Shown here piece after piece: positions 60,252-64,000 of a DNA stretch of 64,000 nucleotides (the stretch's first letter is position 1; every line of letters starts with the position of its first letter). The position numbers were made by a program, and so were the translations under genes. The DNA lies in the NCBI GenBank assembly GCA_902530455.1, contig CACAAD010000001.1, positions 11,386 through 75,385 of the forward strand, read 5' to 3'. Source of the DNA: an uncultured Pelagibacteraceae bacterium. Its GTDB lineage: Bacteria; Pseudomonadota; Alphaproteobacteria; Pelagibacterales; Pelagibacteraceae. The notes below the pieces were generated by a model. That model did not search any database and was not told the DNA's origin. It saw nothing but the letters and a program-made list of their open reading frames with translations.

Positions 60252-61157
60252 TTAATATTCCTTTTGAAACTTATGCTTCTTCCCTGCTTTTTTAGCAAGA
60301 TTAATTTGATTTTGCCTCATTCGAAATCTTGATTTTTGCAAACTTGATAGTATATTATAACATCTTTCACAAGAAACGCCCTCTTCATATTTTTTTGATT
60401 TCTTATCTTTAGGTGATATAGGTTTTCGACAACCCCCGCAAATTGAAAAAGTTCCTTGTTTTAATTTATGTTTTAAAGAAACTCTATTATCAAAAACAAA
60501 ACATTCGCCTTTCCATAAGCTATCTTTTTTTTTAGTTTTGTTGAGATAATTAATTATTCCACCCTTTAATTGAAACACGTTTTTGAAACCCTTTTTTTTT
60601 AAAAAAATTGATGTCTTTTCACATCTAATACCTCCAGTGCAGAACATCGCAACAGGTTTTGTCTTTTCGATTTTATTCAAAAATTTAGGAAAATCTCGAA
60701 AATTTTGTATATTTGGATTCATTGCATTCTTAAAAGTGCCAACGCTATATTCGAAGGGTTTTCTTACGTCAATCACAAGAGTTTCTTTTTTTGTAATTAA
60801 TTTATTCCAAGATTTTCCAGACAAATACCTATTAAGTTTTTTGCTTTCACCCTTAATTTTTAACCCAATTGGTACAACTTCTTTTTTTACTTTAACTTTT
60901 GCTCTGTGAAATGGTTGAAAACGACTAGTAGAAATATTACTACTATCAAATTTTGTGAATTTAAATTTTTTTTTTAGTAATTTTAAAATTTTAAAAATAT
61001 CTTTGTTATTGCCTGCAAGAGATCCATTAATACCTTCGGAGGAGATTATAATTGATCCCTTAATACTGGTATTAGATATTTCGTTTTCAAGATAAGTTTT
61101 GTATTTTTTTAGGAAATTAATCTTTTTAAACTTATAGAATCCAGAAATAGTGAACAT
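60252..61157 (-). CDS. trhO: Rhodanese-domain tRNA uridine(34) hydroxylase (YceA/TrhO)
   Basis: EGINGS, KVKKEVV, FCTGGIRCEK, LKGGI and GECFVFDNRV motifs. Confidence 0.9.
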   Translation of the reverse strand: MFTISGFYKFKKINFLKKYKTYLENEISNTSIKGSIIISSEGINGSLAGNNKDIFKILKLLKKKFKFTKFDSSNISTSRFQPFHRAKVKVKKEVVPIGLKIKGESKKLNRYLSGKSWNKLITKKETLVIDVRKPFEYSVGTFKNAMNPNIQNFRDFPKFLNKIEKTKPVAMFCTGGIRCEKTSIFLKKKGFKNVFQLKGGIINYLNKTKKKDSLWKGECFVFDNRVSLKHKLKQGTFSICGGCRKPISPKDKKSKKYEEGVSCERCYNILSSLQKSRFRMRQNQINLAKKAGKKHKFQKEY

Positions 61158-61810
61158 TATTTTTTAATACAAATAGTCAATCCATCGCCAATAGGAATTA
61201 TATTCTTTGTAATCCTTTTATCTTGTTTAACATGATTATTAAAATCCCTGATAATATTTGTAAATTTATCGTTATTTGCATCATCGGCAATTTCACCATG
61301 CCATAATACGTTATCAATAACTATAAGACCTTTTTTATCTATCAAATCCATACAAGATTCATAATAATTTAGGTAATTTTCTTTATCTGCGTCAATAAAA
61401 ATTAAATCAAATAACTTTTTTGTATCTTTTAATTCTTTCAAACTCTCTAAAGCTGGCTTGATAATTTGTTTAATCCTTTTTTCTTTAGCTTTGTCATAAA
61501 AGTATTTAGCCTTATTGCTAAATTCAGGATTTTTATCTAAACTAATGAAAGTTCCATCAGCAGGAAGTGCCATAGCCATAGATAAAGCACTAAACCCAGT
61601 AAAACTACCAATCTCTAAAATTTTTTTTACATTTGAAACTTTTATCAATGTTTGTAGAAATTGAGCTTGTGATATAGATATTTGTAATCTTTGCTGATCT
61701 CCTAAACTTATATTATACTGAATTATTTCTTTTTGAACGTCAGATAAAGTTTCTGAGTGATCAATAATATATTTCTCAAGACTATCAGTTAAATCTAATT
61801 TTTTAGGCAT
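61157..61810 (-). CDS. COMT/CCoAOMT-family O-methyltransferase (TrmR-like candidate)
   Basis: ILEIGSFTGFS, FDLIFIDADKENY, DNVLWHG and IGDGL motifs. Confidence 0.85.
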   Translation of the reverse strand: MPKKLDLTDSLEKYIIDHSETLSDVQKEIIQYNISLGDQQRLQISISQAQFLQTLIKVSNVKKILEIGSFTGFSALSMAMALPADGTFISLDKNPEFSNKAKYFYDKAKEKRIKQIIKPALESLKELKDTKKLFDLIFIDADKENYLNYYESCMDLIDKKGLIVIDNVLWHGEIADDANNDKFTNIIRDFNNHVKQDKRITKNIIPIGDGLTICIKK

Positions 61811-61812
61811 AA

Positions 61813-63285
61813 TTAGCCTTTTAAAAGTTTTTTTAAGATTTCGTTTGTTAACTGTGGATTGGCTTTTCCGCCTGATTGTTTCATAACTTGACCAACAAAA
61901 AAACCAAATAATTTTTCTTTACCGGACTTATACTGGTCAACTTTATCTTTGTTCTTAGTCAATATTTCATTTACAATTTTTTCTAATTCTTTGGGATCGC
62001 TTTGTTGTTTCATGCCTTTTGACTCGATTATTTTTTTAGGATTATCTCCGCTCTTTACCATTAATTCAAAAACTTCTTTTGCTATTCTGCCCGAAATTTC
62101 CCCTGACTTTATTGATTGAACCAATTCAGCAAAATTTTTAGCAGAGATAGGTGACTTAGATATATTAAGTCCTTTATCATTTAACATTGCAAATAAATCT
62201 CCCATCATCCATGTGGCTGCAAGTTTTTTATCGGATAATTTTGCAACCTCTTCATAGTAATTTGAAATTTCTTTTTCAGAAACTAGCACATTGGCTTCAT
62301 ATGAATTAAGTCCGTAATCATTCATAAATCTTTCTTTTTTATTATCAGGTAACTCTGGTAAAGTTTTTTTTAAATCATCTATTAATTTTTGTTCAATTTT
62401 GAGAGGCAAAAGATCCGGATCTGGAAAATATCTGTAATCATGAGCATCCTCTTTTGATCTCATAGATCTTGTCTCATTTTTTTTCGTATCAAAAAGTCTT
62501 GTTTCCTGGTCAATCTTTTTCCCCTCATCTAATAATTTAACTTGCCTATTAGCTTCATACTCTATTGCCATTTGCATAAATTTTATTGAATTTACATTTT
62601 TTATTTCACATCTTGTTCCAAAATTTTTATCTCCTACTTGTCTTACCGATACGTTAACATCAGCTCTTAATGAACCCTCTTGCATATTACCGTCACAAGT
62701 TCCTAGATATCTCATTATAGTTCTTAGTTTTTTTATATAAGCATTAACTTCTTCTGGAGATCTAAGATCTGGTTTGCTTACAATTTCCATTAACGCAATT
62801 CCAGAACGATTTAAATCGACATAAGTATTTAATGGATCCACATCGTGAATACTTTTACCTGCATCTTGTTCTAGATGAAGTCTTTCAATACCAACCTCTT
62901 TTGAACCATATGGCATATCTAATAAAACTTTTCCTTCGCCAACTATTGGATTTTTATACTGCGAGATCTGATAGCCTTGAGGAAGGTCTGCATAAAAATA
63001 ATTTTTTCTATCAAAAACAGAATTATTATTAATCTTAGCATTTAATCCTAAACCAGTCCTAATGGCTTGTTTTACGCACTCTTTATTTATAACTGGAAGC
63101 ATACCAGGAAAGGCGGAATCTATGAGACTTACTTGGCTATTAGGTTCAGCCCCAAATTTAGTTGCAGAACCTGAGAAAAGTTTTGAGTTTGAAGATACTT
63201 GAGCATGAACTTCCAAGCCAATTATTACCTCATACTTTTTCTCTCCTTTTATAAAATAATCAAATACATCTTTGTTCATAACCAC
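61813..63285 (-). CDS. gatB: Asp/Glu-tRNA amidotransferase subunit B
   Basis: GLEVHAQ, RKNYFY.DLP.GYQISQ and [10 protein letters not shown] motifs. Confidence 0.97.
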   Translation of the reverse strand: MVMNKDVFDYFIKGEKKYEVIIGLEVHAQVSSNSKLFSGSATKFGAEPNSQVSLIDSAFPGMLPVINKECVKQAIRTGLGLNAKINNNSVFDRKNYFYADLPQGYQISQYKNPIVGEGKVLLDMPYGSKEVGIERLHLEQDAGKSIHDVDPLNTYVDLNRSGIALMEIVSKPDLRSPEEVNAYIKKLRTIMRYLGTCDGNMQEGSLRADVNVSVRQVGDKNFGTRCEIKNVNSIKFMQMAIEYEANRQVKLLDEGKKIDQETRLFDTKKNETRSMRSKEDAHDYRYFPDPDLLPLKIEQKLIDDLKKTLPELPDNKKERFMNDYGLNSYEANVLVSEKEISNYYEEVAKLSDKKLAATWMMGDLFAMLNDKGLNISKSPISAKNFAELVQSIKSGEISGRIAKEVFELMVKSGDNPKKIIESKGMKQQSDPKELEKIVNEILTKNKDKVDQYKSGKEKLFGFFVGQVMKQSGGKANPQLTNEILKKLLKG

Positions 63286-64000
63286 CAGTTTTTTATTTCA
63301 TTTTTAAAATTACAATTTTTTTCAAAAGCATAGGCCACATTCAATATATTTTGCTCATCTAAAGTCTTTCCAATTAACTGCAAACCTAGTGGATAGCCCT
63401 TTTTGTCTAAACCTGCGGGTACCGATATTGCAGGTAAACCAGCTAAATTTACTGGTACTGTAAATATATCATTAAGATACATAGAAATAGGATCATTAGT
63501 TTTTTCACCAATTTTAAATGCAGAACTTGGTGTTGAAGGTGTCAAAATAGCATCTACTTTGCCAAAATTTTCATCAAAATCTTTTTTAATAAGCTGTCTA
63601 ACTTTTTGAGCCTTAAGATAATAAGCATCATAGTACCCTGATGACAAAACGTAAGTACCAATTAAGATTCTTCTCTTTACCTCATCTCCAAATCCTTCGG
63701 ATCTTGTATTCTCATACATTTCAATTAAATCATTTCCTTTTGATGATCTATAACCATACTTTACTCCATCATATCTAGCCAAATTTGAAGAAGCTTCAGC
63801 TGGTGCAACTATATAATATGTTGGCAGCGCATACTTTGTATGAGGGAGTGAGATATCAATTATGTCAGCGCCTAAGTCTTTTAAAATACTTTTTCCCTTG
63901 TTCCACAATTCCTCAATTTCTTTTGGCATATTTTCAACTCTATATTCCTTAGGTATACCAATTTTGAGACCTTTAACATCTGTTTTCAAATTTTTTGAAT
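63276..64000 (-). CDS. gatA: Asp/Glu-tRNA amidotransferase subunit A (5' part outside the window)
   Basis: [31 protein letters not shown] and [11 protein letters not shown] motifs. Confidence 0.96.
   Translation of the reverse strand, partial: SKNLKTDVKGLKIGIPKEYRVENMPKEIEELWNKGKSILKDLGADIIDISLPHTKYALPTYYIVAPAEASSNLARYDGVKYGYRSSKGNDLIEMYENTRSEGFGDEVKRRILIGTYVLSSGYYDAYYLKAQKVRQLIKKDFDENFGKVDAILTPSTPSSAFKIGEKTNDPISMYLNDIFTVPVNLAGLPAISVPAGLDKKGYPLGLQLIGKTLDEQNILNVAYAFEKNCNFKNEIKNWWL

Noticed and set aside
8908-63609. Many short antisense or alternate-frame ORFs in the track (e.g. 8908-9186, 10473-10718, 16167-16478, 26540-26944, 37580-37918, 60583-60909)
   Set aside because: They are shadows of well-supported genes on the opposite strand or frame, with no motifs of their own
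1-64000. CRISPR arrays, IS elements, rRNA, prophage structural genes
   Set aside because: No repeat-spacer periodicity, transposase, rRNA-like or virion genes were seen on reading the window

Overview
A very AT-rich, tightly packed alphaproteobacterial chromosome segment with tiny or overlapping intergenic regions. Gene content and order point to the SAR11/Pelagibacterales clade (inference). The left ~23 kb is partly accessory: a Cre-like tyrosine recombinase preceded by a perfect 14-7-14 bp inverted repeat, a surface-glycan block (GT11, GT9-like, fused GT4-CgeB, two methyltransferases), an inositol uptake/catabolism cluster with iolG/E/D but no iolB/C/J/A, and a ~1.4 kb integrase-less element in the 3' end of tRNA-Glu with a displaced tRNA fragment and arm-like repeats. 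The rest is mostly core: recJ, glpX, hom, argC, ribosomal proteins, plsX, hppA, rib operon, glyA, hemB, rnc-lepB-acpS-pdxJ-pyrE-spoT, dapA, slt, tRNA-Ser, a TPP-riboswitch/ThiV-type transporter, umuDC with an alpha-type LexA box, an amino-acid ABC pair, and gatA-gatB-methyltransferase-trhO-MATE. All calls come from reading motifs; no searches were run.
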